From Octopus bimaculoides (taxonomy: Eukaryota), in assembly GCF_001194135.2 (NCBI RefSeq), contig NC_068987.1:70207731-70266777 (forward strand): DNA of 59,047 nucleotides. Reading direction: 5' to 3'. The translations under genes were made by a program, and so were the position numbers. The notes under the pieces were generated by a model, which was given only the letters and a program-made list of their open reading frames with translations, had not been told where the DNA came from and made no database searches. Below are positions 24,858 to 38,350 of this stretch, piece by piece; position 1 is the stretch's first letter; each line of letters opens with the position of its first letter.

Positions 24858-25277
24858 TCCTTTCCTTTCTTCTTCTTCTTCTACTTCTTTTTCTTCTTCT
24901 TCTTCTTCTTTTTCTTCTTCTTCTTCTTCTTCTTCTTCTTCTTCTTCTTCTTCGTCTTCTTCTTCTTCTTCTTCTTCTTCTTCTTCTTCTTCTTCTTCTC
25001 CAGCAGCAGCGTTAGAGACAGCACCATCACCATATTTGTCGACGCCGCCGCAGCCACGAGGACGACGACCACGACAACAGCCACCACCACGACAATTATT
25101 ACAACCACCACCACTACTACCACGGTGATAACGATGACCACCAACACCAAAACCAACCCTACCATTACTACTAATGCTGCTGCTGCGCCTTCTCTACCTT
25201 CTCTTCCTACTCCTACTCCTCCTGCACCTACTACTACTGCTGCTGCTACTGCCACTGCTACCACCTCCACCACCACC

Positions 25278-25309
<32 letters not shown>

Positions 25310-25530
25310 CAGCACCATTGTCATCGTCATCTCATTTTCATCCTCGTATTCATTTCTTCCTCTTCTTCGTTCCACTTCTTCGTCCTCATCTATCTCTTCA
25401 TCTCCCTCCTCGTTATTCTAATTCTTTTACACATCGTTGTGGTCCTCGTCATCATCATCATCGTCATCATTATCATCGTCATCATCATCCTCATCACTAA
25501 CACCATCATCAACACCACAAACACCAATTT
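24780..25530. repeat. Compound (CTTT)n/(CTT)n/(CAC)n/(CTA)n/(CAT)n block
   Basis: Direct read; source of the poly-S/K/T/L ORFs at 24730-25652. Confidence 0.9.
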
Positions 25531-26684
25531 CTTATTTACTCTCTTCTAGGTTGCCTGTTACACTGGGATTTTATTTCTTGCATTACTCGTCTTATCTTTT
25601 TCTCTTCCCAGTTTCCAAATGCCCATTATGTAATGATTACAACTATGATTAACACATCAGAATGTCAACTATATCATCATCCAACAGTTATTACCAACAA
25701 CAGAACAATAAAGGCCTTTTACACTGGGTGCTCACCACTGGAACAGTTTTCATTTCAGCACTGTTTTCACCTGGGGTTAAACACCATGAACAATCAATGA
25801 CTATTAATTGATTAATAGGACATTCTTATTCAGTATTTCTAATAATTCTTAATGAAAAGGCGGTATTATTCTTTTGTTTTGGGGAAACGAATGCACATAT
25901 GACTTGCATGCAGTATCATTGAGTATAGTCAGCTCGTCACAGTTGATGCCCATATTGAGCAATATATGTCGATGACTGCACGAAGGACATGGACTTGGAG
26001 GAGAATTCAGACAGAAATCACGGAGGGAGAAGAGGATTTGGTTATTAGCTACTCTATCTATATTGAATACTTGGAGGAGATCTACTCAGTAGTAGTGAAA
26101 CTACAAATACGGAGTACATATATCCACAGACATCTGTACGTTACGTAACCGATAGTATATTCTTATAATAATATAACAATATGATAAGCAGTAGTAAGAC
26201 ATTCGGATTCGCTTTTGACGAGATGACATGAGTACATACAGCAAAATTTTGTTATATCCTGAAATTACCATGGATGCATAAATCTGAAATATATGTGCAA
26301 ATCTCACTTAAAAGTACTAGATACGTTGTTGAAAAATTATACGTAGAATATATCAAGTTCTTTGATTGCAGTCTTTTGTGAAAATGATTCTAACTATAAA
26401 ATAGTCTGTAACTAGTGTCAACAGAAAAAGTGGAAAAAATAGGTCCATATAGAGAACACATCTGTTGTAATCGAACGTAGTAATGTAGTGACAAAAGGTT
26501 TTCAAAATGAAATCATTTACACGAAAATATCAAGCGAACGTGATTTAACGTGTGTTTACCTTTTGCAAATGTAGTGTATGTGTGTGTGCGTGCGTGTGTC
26601 TGTGTATGTGTGTATATATATATATATACACATGTATGTATCTATGTATATTTATAAATATGTATACTCTTTTACTCTTTTACA

Positions 26685-26870
26685 TGTTTCAATCATTTGA
26701 CTGCAGCCATGCTGGAGTACCGCCTTTACTCGAACAAATCGACCCCAGGACTTATTCTTTGTAAGCCTAGTACTTATTCTATCGGTCTCTTTTGCCGAAC
26801 CGCTATATTTTGGATATATTAACACACCAACATCGGTTGTCAACCGATGATGGGGAGACAAACACAGACA
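26685..26870 (-). mobile_element. Interspersed repeat family B (SINE-like)
   Basis: Plus strand reads tttcaatcatttgactgcagccatgctggagtaccgcc...cctagtacttattctatcggtctcttttgccgaaccgcta, the reverse complement of family B. Confidence 0.85.
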
Positions 26871-26881
26871 TATACACATAA

Positions 26882-26952
<71 letters not shown>

Positions 26953-27450
26953 CGTGTGTGTGTGTGTGGGTGTGTGTGTGTGTGTGCAAGTATATTATAT
27001 GTGTAAATGCTATATATTTATCATAAAGGCACAAAAGTAAAAGAAAAAAATTAAATGAAGGCTCTCGTGACTAGAGTCTAGTCAATCAATTAAATATTTG
27101 TTTGATCAGTACATATTTTACCGATGTTAACTCGTGTAAATACGTACTGAGTGAAATCAAATAAAATACCTCAATATATTACTTTACAGTTCTGTCGACA
27201 ATCACTTTTATAACAATCTGACATAAAAAAAAAAACTAAAAGACAGAGTTACCAACCTAGAAATGCTAGGGAACTATCAACGTCAATCCAATAGCAACAT
27301 CTCAATTTTTTTACAACCAGCAATTTACGAAATATGAAGAATAGAAGGGATAGAAAATAATTAGCTGAAAGTTAAGGGACACTGGTTGTTGCTTTAAGGA
27401 AACATTAAATATAAAGACTACTCTCTCCCCACTTTCTCTCTTCTTTTCTT

Positions 27451-27487
<37 letters not shown>

Positions 27488-27689
27488 GTGTATGTGTGTG
27501 TTTGCATGTTTACAAAGAGGGAGAGAGAAGGATAGAGAGAAATAGAGAAAGAGAGAGAGAGAGAGAAAGAAAGAGAGAGATAAGGAAGAGATAAGAATAT
27601 AGCGAAAGCTAAATCTCAACACCATCGACCTCAAACAGCACAATCTATAGAACAAAACGAAATAGTGGAATAATCCAGTGACTACAAAA

Positions 27690-28155
27690 CAGACATCGGG
27701 ATTTAGGAAAACACGTGTTGCATGTAAAGTTCATCCTGAATCCGCTTGATGATGCCACAGAAACCGGTGAAAACATGTTGATAACAGAACGATAACGATG
27801 ATTAGGTCTCATGAGATTTTACATTACAAATTGACCATGAAATTCAAGCAAGACAATGATGTATCATTATTCAAGACAAGGTGTCGAAAGAATGCATTAT
27901 CTTGGATGTAGCTGTATCTCAAATGAATGTACTAGTTAAAGAACAAGAAAATGTGGAATGCATGCTAAAACTTAGGAAGGAAAATCAGAAAAATGTGGAG
28001 GGTTTCCTCAAAAGCAATCCCTGTAGTTACAGGTGACCTAGGTTCCAGTGCCAACAGAGTTGACACTTTGTATGTTGTGATCGATGTAACTACGGGAGTT
28101 GCTTTAATATAATTTATTACGAATAGCAAGGATTGTTCGAAAGGCTCCATAGTAT
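27690..28155 (+). mobile_element. Strongly decayed RLE-type (R4/Dong-like) LINE 3' fragment
   Basis: Frameshifted translation W.HKPVK...WDF.IQIDHEIQARQ...ILDVAV...KEQE...IPVVTGDLG...ARIVRK. Confidence 0.6.
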
Positions 28156-28187
28156 ACACATTTGTGTACACCATTAGATCAAAATCT

Positions 28188-28189
<2 letters not shown>

Positions 28190-28260
<71 letters not shown>

Positions 28261-28279
28261 TGTTGTTGTTGTTGTTGTT
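28190..28279. repeat. (GTA)n-(GTT)n compound microsatellite
   Basis: Direct read. Confidence 0.95.
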
Positions 28280-28480
28280 TCATTAGGAACTATCCCGATA
28301 GATCTCAACAGATGGATAGAGAGAATGCACATAAAGCCTAGTTTATTACAATTCCAGAAAACAGTGTTATTAGGGACAGCTAGAACAATTAGGAGGGTTC
28401 TTGACGTCTACGTTGCCTTGTTGTAGTCCGATGCTAGGAATTTGTCTTTTCCAACAGTTTAATATGCTGTGCCAATATGA
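28270..28480 (+). mobile_element. R4/Dong-like LINE extreme 3' end with (AAT)n tail
   Basis: VVVSLGTIPIDLNRWIERMHIKPSLLQFQKTVLLGTARTIRRVLDV, a short 3' UTR, then (AAT)n at 28481-28670. Confidence 0.8.
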
Positions 28481-28530
28481 AATAATAATAATAATAATAA
28501 CACCAACAATAATAATAATAATAACAATAA

Positions 28531-28561
<31 letters not shown>

Positions 28562-28604
28562 AACAATAATAATAAAAAAAATAATAATAATAATAATAAT
28601 AATG

Positions 28605-28668
<64 letters not shown>

Positions 28669-28670
28669 TA

Positions 28671-28751
28671 ATAGAGAAATTAAGGCCAATAGACCAGATA
28701 TAGTTGTCAAAGATCATGAAGGAAAAAATTCATTCTAATTGATGAATCAAT
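28671..28751 (+). mobile_element. R4/Dong-like RLE fragment truncated by gap
   Basis: REIKANRPDIVVKDHEGKK..LID: the PD-(D/E)xK nuclease motif, starting right after (AAT)n. Confidence 0.75.
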
Positions 28752-29208
28752 NNNNNNNNNNNNNNNNNNNNNNNNNNNNNNNNNNNNNNNNNNNNNNNNN
28801 NNNNNNNNNNNNNNNNNNNNNNNNNNNNNNNNNNNNNNNNNNNNNNNNNNNNNNNNNNNNNNNNNNNNNNNNNNNNNNNNNNNNNNNNNNNNNNNNNNNN
28901 NNNNNNNNNNNNNNNNNNNNNNNNNNNNNNNNNNNNNNNNNNNNNNNNNNNNNNNNNNNNNNNNNNNNNNNNNNNNNNNNNNNNNNNNNNNNNNNNNNNN
29001 NNNNNNNNNNNNNNNNNNNNNNNNNNNNNNNNNNNNNNNNNNNNNNNNNNNNNNNNNNNNNNNNNNNNNNNNNNNNNNNNNNNNNNNNNNNNNNNNNNNN
29101 NNNNNNNNNNNNNNNNNNNNNNNNNNNNNNNNNNNNNNNNNNNNNNNNNNNNNNNNNNNNNNNNNNNNNNNNNNNNNNNNNNNNNNNNNNNNNNNNNNNN
29201 NNNNNNNN

Positions 29209-29279
<71 letters not shown>

Positions 29280-29287
29280 TTATAGTG

Positions 29288-29645
29288 ATGCAGGACCAGG
29301 CAGTGGCTCTCGTGGCTTTTAATCGTAACTGATTGGAAGTGTTATCATGTACATTATTTTGTTTTAGTATAAAAGAAGGGCTACAGCAAATATCTTGCTC
29401 GGTACCACAGATTTGCTTGTCAGCGGTTTAAACAGTTGAGCATGTCCCTTTGTGGCCTACGATATGTGCATCTCTGATCTCGAGCAGAAGTAGTGGGGCA
29501 GTATCATAGCCATATCTTTAGAGGAATTCTTTGGGGTTTGAATAATTCAGCTCTGGAAACATGGGTATTTTGTTCATCATCCTTAAAACAAATCTTATTC
29601 AGGGACCTCTTGAATGTGATGAAAATTATAACTGGGCCCCACGTA
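29288..29645. mobile_element. Interspersed repeat family D (unclassified)
   Basis: Aligns with 31155-31510 (taactga.tggaagtgttatcatgtacattatt...ctacagcaaatat...gatttgcttgtcag...ctctggaaacatgggt...aactgggccc); abuts (AAT)n on its left. Confidence 0.8.
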
Positions 29646-30269
29646 GACACAAGAGAATTAATTAGATTTCTCTAAAGCATGCATATTTACAGACTCAGTC
29701 CCATAAACATTATTTACATTTAAAATTAGGTGATGAACTGATCCTGACCACAAACTCACTTTGGAACCCAAAGGCTAACTATTTTTAAAAGATTCATTCT
29801 CAACACCAATCATATTTCAGAAAGTGAAATAGAACACTTCAAAATCCCGCCAAAAATAAACCAAGGAAAGTTTAGATGACGAGCAAAAGGCAAATAACGA
29901 AGATAGAATCTTTGCAGACGTAAACCACATGCACTTTAACACAAGCAGAATAAACAAAGTAAATAACAAAGACAAAACAAAAAAGGAGACAGACCATAAA
30001 ATTACAAACAAAAGTTAATCCTTAATTTAAGAACAAGGATCTCGAAATATGGAATTTCATTTAAAGGTATTTATCTAAATGTGAAAATTCTTTAAAGAAA
30101 TAAATTCAATATTTTCTTTTGTGAAAAAACAAAAGTACATTTCAAAAAAGAAAAAAAGAGAAACTGAATTATAATATTGCAGCTCCCATTAGAAAAGTAA
30201 ACGTAAATATATCAACATTCATGAAGATAGAAATGTTGATAAATATCACCAAATTAAAAGAAATAATCT

Positions 30270-30662
30270 TCTCTAGGCCCGAAATTTTTGGGGAGGGGGC
30301 CAGTCGATTAGATCGATCCTAGTATGTAACTGGTACTTAATTTATCGACCCCAAAAACAAAGTAGACAGAATTTAAACTCAAAAAGTATGAACAGACGAA
30401 ATACCGCTAAGCATTTCGCCCGGTGTGCTAACGTTTCTTATTTCTTTATTACCACAAAGGGCTAAACATAGACGAGACAAACAAGGACAAGGGGATTAAG
30501 TCGATTACATCGACCCCAGTGCGTAACTGGAACTTAATTTATCGACCACGAAAGGATAAAAGGCAAAGTCAACCGCGGCGGAATTTGAACTCAGAACGTA
30601 ACGGGAGATGAAATACCGTTAAGCATTTCGTCCGGCGCGCTACAGATTCTGCCAGCTCGCCG
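30270..30662 (-). mobile_element. Two tandem family A SINE copies
   Basis: Reverse complements of family A at about 30270-30440 and 30445-30662, the second ending ttctgccagctcgccg. Confidence 0.85.
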
Positions 30663-30729
30663 CGTTAGATTAACAGAAATATTATCACAGTAATTAATAA
30701 ATATAGTACAGACTACCTCAGATCTTGTC

Positions 30730-31070
30730 CTATTAGAATGTAAATACTGGAGGGAAACGACATGGAAAGTAAATGTACAGAAAAACTAGGAATTATGAAA
30801 ATAACTCCAAGAGACAAAACTGAAAAAAGAGACATAGAGTCGCAAAAATCAGACATAGCAGAGCCAAAAAAAAAAAAAAAGAAATAAGAAAAACCAGAAA
30901 CGGAGTATCCTACATCAAAACAATGTTAACAAAAGTTCCTTGCTAAATGGAAAGGTGTCAGTCGGTATGAAAAGCGACAACGATTCTCTCAATAAAACAC
31001 ATACTTTGACTCCAAAACATAACGATTTTATCAAGAACTAAATAAAAGAAAAATGAAATCAATGCAGTAT
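30730..31070 (+). mobile_element. R4/Dong-like LINE fragment from upstream of the RT
   Basis: Translates as ...RYEKRQRFSQ*NTYFDSKT*RFYQELNKRKM.., like the RRYxKRxxxxxQNxxFxxxxKRFYxEL segment preceding the RT. Confidence 0.55.
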
Positions 31071-31154
31071 GTGAACTCACTAGTTCAAATAACGTAATTA
31101 AATACCTCACGGCAGTTAATCGTTTGTTCTACTAAATATGCCATCCACAAACCT

Positions 31155-31677
31155 AGACTCTCATGGCTTCTGATCATAACTGACTGGAAGTGTTATCATG
31201 TACATTATTATTTCTTGGTATAAAAGATGGACTACAGCAAATATTCTGCTCATTATCACCGATTTGCTTGTCAGTTGTTTGACCTTAACCAGTTGAGCAT
31301 GTTCCTTGGTGGTTGACGTTATGTTCATCTCTAATCACGAGCGGAAGTATTGGAGGAGCATCAAAGCCGTGTGTTGAGAGGAATTCTCGAGTTTGGTTAA
31401 TTCATCTCTGGAAACATGGGTGTTTCATTCAACATCTTTAAGCAACCTTTCTTTGGGACTATTCGAGCGGGATGGGCTACTCAACCTGAAGAAAATTCTA
31501 ACTAGGCCCACCTGCAAGGTCAAGCGCTGTTTATCTTGATATGAGATCCCCATGTCATGCACTTATGGTAGTGATGCATGTGCCGGTGTACCCTTATAAG
31601 ACGGGTAGCCATGATGGGTATACTGGGCTTCGTATCTCTTACCCCAGTGTCACTTTTATGGCATGCACTGCTCTGGA
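31155..31677. mobile_element. Interspersed repeat family D, longer copy
   Basis: Homologous to 29288-29645 and extends to atggcatgcactgctct. Confidence 0.8.
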
Positions 31678-31818
31678 GCACTTTTAGAAAACAACACTGC
31701 TTGGAACTGCTTGAATACTCCGGAAGATGCTCGAAAAATAAGAGTTGTTACCTTAGTTCACTGGTAGTGAACAGCTAACACCGTAGTACATTTCCAGCGT
31801 TAGAAGCTGTGCAAAGGT
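31678..31818 (+). mobile_element. R4/Dong-like LINE 3' end with (AAT)n tail
   Basis: Near-identical to 43342-43488 (cactgcttggaac..aatactccggaag.tgctcgaaaaataagag...ccagcgttagaagctgt.caaagg) and followed by (AAT)n. Confidence 0.85.
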
Positions 31819-31978
31819 AATAATAATAATAATAATAATAATAATGATAATAATAATAATCCTCTCTACTAAAGGCACAAGATTGAAATTTTCGGGAAGG
31901 GGACTAATTGATTACATCGTCCACAGTGTTCCACTGGTACTCTTTTTTTTAGACCCCGAAGAAATGAAAGGCAAAGTC

Positions 31979-32129
<151 letters not shown>

Positions 32130-32132
<3 letters not shown>

Positions 32133-32235
32133 AAGCTCAGAAAATTTAAAGATCTGCTAATCGAAATCGGAAAGGTGTGGCATCTCAAGACGGCTGCAAT
32201 ACCAGTGATTGTAAGAGCACTTGGAATGATGACTA
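32130..32235 (+). mobile_element. R4/Dong-like RLE fragment
   Basis: KLRKFKDLLIEIGKVWHLKTAAIPVIVRALGMM, homologous to 35745-35835. Confidence 0.75.
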
Positions 32236-32734
32236 TGTAAATGAACAATCTGATATGCCTTTTTTAGGGCCTTACCATTGTATACAGTACGTTACTCTGC
32301 CCTAGGTATCAGGAAGACACTCGGCAAGAAATGTAAACGGAATTGAAAGAAGATGCTAATGAAAATAATAATAATAATACCCTCTCATTCAGTCACAAGG
32401 CCTGTATTTTCGAGGTGAAGGGATGAGACAATACTTGGCTAGCACTTTTTATCGCCCCCCCCCCACACTAAATTATGAAAAGCAAACTTGATTTCGGCTT
32501 GATTTGAACTCAGCCTAAACGGTCAAAAGATATGCTGCAAAGTATTCGTATGAAGCTCTAAGTATTCTGACAATTTTTTTAATAATGGTGACGGTGATGA
32601 TAATAAAGAGGAGAGGTTTATGTTGTTCATGGTAATGATAATGCTTATAATAGTCAACAAGCAAATTAACAACAACAGCATCAACTGCAGCAGCAGCACC
32701 AACAATAGCAATAATGATAATAATGTTTTCTACT

Positions 32735-33160
32735 ATAGCAACAAGGCCTGGAATTTGAGAGAGTAGGGTGATCGATCACATCAACCCAGTACTTGACTGG
32801 TACTTAATTTATCGACCCAGAAAGGGTGAAAGGCAAAGTCGACCTCGGCAGAATTTGAACTCAGAACGTGCAGACGGACGAAATGCCGCTAAGCATTGTG
32901 CTCGGTGTGCTAACGATTCTGCCAGCTCACCACTATAAGAATAATGATATTAATGGTTTCAACTTTTGGCACAATGCCTGAAGTTTCGGGAGAGAGAGAA
33001 AATTCATTTACATCGACCTCAGTACTCAACTGGCACCTATTTTATTGCCCCGAATGGATGAAATAGAAAGAAGACGTCGGCAAAACTTCAACTCAGAAAC
33101 TAAAGCTGGAAGAAACGAAGCGAAACATTTTGTCCGGTGTTCTAACGATCCGGCCAGCCC
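32735..33160 (-). mobile_element. Two family A SINE copies (about 32735-32930 and 32955-33160)
   Basis: Reverse complement of family A, with gtacttaatttatcgacc, gaatttgaactcagaacgt and ttctgccagctc. More decayed copies lie at about 31870-31985, 32380-32590 and 36320-36520. Confidence 0.8.
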
Positions 33161-35127
33161 ACCAATCATTCACCAACCAGTAATTCAACAGGAGTGTAAT
33201 TTATACGGAAGTACGAGAAATGCCAAAACAGAAAAAAAACTACCTTACCATGGTGAACAATATAAAATGTCCTTTTCAATATGAAACAATTAAAATGACA
33301 AGAGAGAATCCAGTAAGAGAGACTCCTCCATACAAACACACACAAACACATTCAATTACGCACACAAAAAAAACATCATGCGGACATTTTATTTAATTTT
33401 CGATACCACTACATCCTCAGCATCGCGAGATCAATTACTGAGAAATTGCTCAAAATTCATGAGAAGAGATTATTTAATTTCTTTGAAGCGATGCCTTTAA
33501 TTCATTTCTGCTCATCGTCAAAGATTTCTGCATTAAACTCCTAGAAAATGTAAAGGTTAACACCCCAGCAGGTAGATTTCAGTAATCACCTTACATTTAC
33601 TAATACTCCAAGGTCTAAATGTCGGATTTAAACTGCTGCAGGCCAGCAGTTTGCTTAAAATATCGGAATTTGGAAAGACGTTGTCAACAATTGACGACTA
33701 AGCTTGCCATTGCGGTCATTTATTATTCAGTGTCACATCCTCGCGAATTATGTTAGTTAGAAAAGAGATCACTGAAATAGATGTCGGCAACAAATGAATT
33801 GCTGTCCTCGGCAATAGTTGTCCATTCTCGAAGAAGCAAACATCATTTTAATCTTTTAGTTTGCTCGGGTATTTCCTGTAGTAAGTAACCAGAGCGAGTG
33901 AGAAGTACAACACCAAACCAATTTAAGTGTTTAACCACCTCCATCACATATTTTAAGTGTAGCAAAATTTCATTTTTGACTAAGACTGCTCACTCTGCTC
34001 ATAGTATAGTCCTTTGTGAGTATCTTAACTAAATTAAAACAGGTGTACTTTGACTGGACATTCGTTCGAGGGAAAACAGTTGCTGATTCACATTGACTCT
34101 CCGCTCCAGACGTGAATTGCAAGTCTAATTTTGTCCAGATAATTGGGTGTTCAGCACAACATGGTACTTTTCCAGTGAACTGTAGTCTCAGTCTCCTTTG
34201 CTAATAGGAATATGCCTTGATTTCTCTGCATATACAAATACGAATTTGCTGCTAAGCTGTCAAAATCAGGATGAACAAGATTTCCAATGTTCACAGCAAT
34301 CGCTCAAGTACCAAATAACAAGTGTGAGAAAGACCATGTTGATGATTAGAAACATTTTCTAAAGGTGGCCATTTAATTTGATGAGTAAATAGATGCTGCA
34401 CATTGCATCGATACAGGTTCTGGACAACACTGGTTGTGATAAGATCATCTTAGCATCAAACAGTGGTGATTGACCCTGCGGAATGTTTTAGGTTTATATA
34501 ACTTGATTAGAGTTTCACCGAAGCAATATTTAGGATTGACCTATTCTGCTAAGTTCAACGTGACGCAAAGATAGACATCGATATGTTTGTCGAAGGTCAT
34601 GAATTTTTTTCCGCCCCACTATTTATACGACAGTATCACTACCTATCGCCTAATGCAACTAAAGCTCTCTCGGTCTAAAGTCAAATTTAATAAGTACCTG
34701 CTATGTCAACAATGCAGAGAGACATTGCAACACAGTCCATTGATCAAAGTATCCGGTTCTTCACACACCCTGTACGATAAGCAACTAATTGAATAAGATA
34801 CAACTGACAATTTTGCACGGTTAATATCCAGTAACTCTCAGTATTCACATTAAAGAAACAGTACAAAACAACAAAAACTAACATAACACAAATCAACAAG
34901 AAAATTTCCATAATAAAAATAATAATGGTTTCAAATTTTAGCAGAAGGTCAACACTTTTCACGGTGGTCGAGAACATCGGCATAGTTCTTCAGTAATACT
35001 TTATTTGATCGACCGCAGCGGCAATTCAACTCACAGAATTAAGAACCGGAACAAATGCGGCTAAGTATTTTGTCTAACCCGCTAACGACTATGCCAGCAC
35101 ACCACCTAATAATAATAATAATAATAA

Positions 35128-35437
35128 TAGCGAAACGGGCTGATTACTACCTAGATCAGATTCCAGGAAACCCCAAAATGGCTGAAGTTCAAAAGATAGT
35201 GCTCATGGGAACTGCCCATATCCTACGTAAAATACTGTCTATGTGATCTCAAATTTTAAAGCAAACACATAATTTTCTTATGGTTTCTTAAACATTCACT
35301 TGAACAAACTGTACAAATCCAAATATATGGTACCCTAGGCATAACACCTACATGAACTTCTAACTTGTTGTCTCTTGAGGTCTCTGGGTGAAACTTGGAT
35401 CCAACTTGTACAAATGCAAAACAAAAATCAAACATAA
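35128..35437 (+). mobile_element. 5'-truncated R4/Dong-like LINE 3' end between (AAT)n tracts
   Basis: IAKRADYYLDQIPGNPKMAEVQKIVLMGTAHILRKILSM* (ORF 35055-35246), a ~190-bp 3' UTR, and (AAT)n on both sides. Confidence 0.8.
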
Positions 35438-35456
35438 AATAATAATAATAATAATA

Positions 35457-36026
35457 AAGAATATAAAGCAAGGCATGACAGAGTCGGCCAGTATTTACAC
35501 TGGACAATATGTCAGCATTATAAAATCAAAGCCGCTCACAAATGGTATAAACACCATCCAGAAGCTGTGACTGAGGGAGAAAATGTGTCGATTCTCTGGG
35601 ACTTCCTCCTACATACCGACAAAACAATAAAAGCTAATAAACCGGATATTATTATAAAAGATCAGACAAAGAAGACGTGTTTATTAATTGACATGCGTAT
35701 TCCCTGTGGTCATAATATAGCGGCGAAAGAATTTGACAAGATCAGTAAATATAAAGACTTGCTAATAGAAACTGAAACAATGTGGCACCTCAAGGCGACT
35801 ACCATACCAGTGATTGCATGATCTCTAGGAATGATAAAAAAAAGGTACTGAAACCTATTTGAAAATGATACCAGGCCTACCATCCCTACAGGAAGTGCAA
35901 AATATCGTGTTAACTGGAACGACTCATGTACTGAGAAGAGCATTATCACTGTGAAAACAACATTCATTCTTGAATTTATTTATTTATTTGTTAATTTCAA
36001 ATACATATTTTACATGTGAATTTGCG

Positions 36027-36030
<4 letters not shown>
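35457..36030 (+). mobile_element. R4/Dong-like LINE: RLE endonuclease domain and 3' end
   Basis: KEYKARHDRVGQYLHW..CQHY..WYKHHPEAVTEGENVSILWDFLLHTDKTIKANKPDIIIKD..TCLLIDMRIP..KEFDKISKYKDL..MWHLKATTIPVI..LGMIKKG...LRRALSL*; (AAT)n at both ends. Confidence 0.9.
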
Positions 36031-36310
<280 letters not shown>

Positions 36311-36567
36311 CAATGATAATGTGGGCACAAGGCTAGCAATTTCGGAGGTAGGGTTAAGTCGGTTACATCAATTCTAGTGCTTGACTGCTGCTTTCTCGAT
36401 CCCGAACTAGGAAAAGCAAAGACATTTTCATCAGAATTTAACTCGGAACACGAAGATGGACGAAATGCTGCTAAGCCTTTTGCTTTGTATGCTAACAGTT
36501 CTGGAATCTGGAAGCTCACTACCGTAGATAATAATAATTATATTATTATTATTATTATTATTATTTG

Positions 36568-36622
<55 letters not shown>

Positions 36623-37569
36623 ATTAATAATAATAATAATAATAATAATGATAATACAATATATCCGGATGCAAGCATATGTGTGAATGTATGTGTTCCT
36701 AGACTTGATATATATGTAGTCATATAAGAAAACTGTGAACTTTGATTTATCTTAGCCATTCATTCCAGAAAGGTACGTGTAAAAGTGTAACGTAAATTCA
36801 AAGGTAAGCAACAATGAACGTAAAATTAATTAACTTGTAACTTTAAGAGAATTTTAAACAAGCACACAAACAAAAGCTTAAAACAAAGCAAAAGAAATCC
36901 ACCAGTTATGCGATTCTGACGTCATATGTCACTATAGTTACGTAACTAATCATTTCAAAATGAATTCCAATCAAAAGCTAAATAAGACGAAGTTTGTTTC
37001 TATCTTTTTTTGAGCTAAAACTATTCTCTAAATAACAGTGAAAAATATTGATAGAGTAAGCGAATGTAAGAGGGGGAAAACAAAAGAAGGAGGATGATTA
37101 GATAGACAGAGAAAAAGAGAAAATAAGAGAGAAGTTTAGCGGGAATATAAAGTGAGAGAAAGCAAAAAGAACTGAGAAAGAAAGAGGGAATTTGAGAAGG
37201 CCAATAGGTTTATTTTAGAGTTATATACATTCCCTTTGAAATTTCTCTACAAAGTAAGGAAAGAAAGAACTTTAGCATATCAGCAAATTCGTGTTGGAAA
37301 GTGAGGCGGTGGCAAGACATTGGAGCGAAGCTTTTATCTGTGTTCTTGGTATTTCAGAATGTTCTTAGAACACCTGAAGTACCTACCTGCAACGGAAATG
37401 ATGCCAAGAAGCCAATAAGTTCCAAAGAAAGAAATAAAAATGAATAAAAAGAAAAATAAGCTGCCATGTTGAACTTAGATATGTATGCATGTGTCTGTGA
37501 GTGTGAATATATACATATACGTATTTACACGCATACACACAGGCGCGTGTGTGTGCGTGTAAGTGTGTG

Positions 37570-37635
<66 letters not shown>

Positions 37636-38350
37636 AACAGATGTATATGCGCTTGGTATTGCTATGTATGCTTTTGCGCGCATATGTCTGCTTGTATGTA
37701 AAGTTTTATGCATGAAAACATACACTTTATTTATAGAGATTACTTACAGGCAAATACGTATATGCATATAGAGATACATATATCCATGGATATCTATCTA
37801 TCTACCTAGCTAGACCAGATATTCTACCTGTATAACTCACTCTCTTTATATTAATATGTAAAAAAAAAAACATAACGGATACATATATATTTTTTATATT
37901 TCAGTTCACAATTGAAAAAATGAATGTCTAAACCTCACTGCAAGTTTCCAGTCTTTTTGTACATTTCCTATCTGTGTACACATCTGTGTATACCTGTGTG
38001 TATGTATATTTAGGTCAGTATGTGCCTGATTGCAAATGCGACTGCAATTTTATTCTGTGGGCTGCCATTGAAAGTTTTTAAACGGTGGTTCTTACTCATA
38101 TATTGCCCTCTCAGTTTAAGAGTCAATATTATCGAGTTTTTAGTTAATGTCAGTAATGAACGGTGTCGTTATTAAGGAGACACGGATCAAGTAAGAAACA
38201 TTATTGAGAGTGAGGACCATATATCACAATCGGAACACGTATAATCTGAGATCATGTGCTGAAACAAAAAACAAAAAGAATTGCAGCGTGGAAGATGCTT
38301 GTAAACCATTCAAGAAGACGCAAATACCGTTAGTTTCACTTCAACATTAA

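Noticed and set aside
27740-27785. ttgatgatgcc...gaaaacatgtt resembling a hammerhead
   Set aside because: No stem I pairing, and the segment translates in register as the LINE's W.HKPVK region.
33385-33425. Minus-strand CTGAGGA...GAAA spacing
   Set aside because: Stem II is poor and stem I has no partner; the match is expected by chance.
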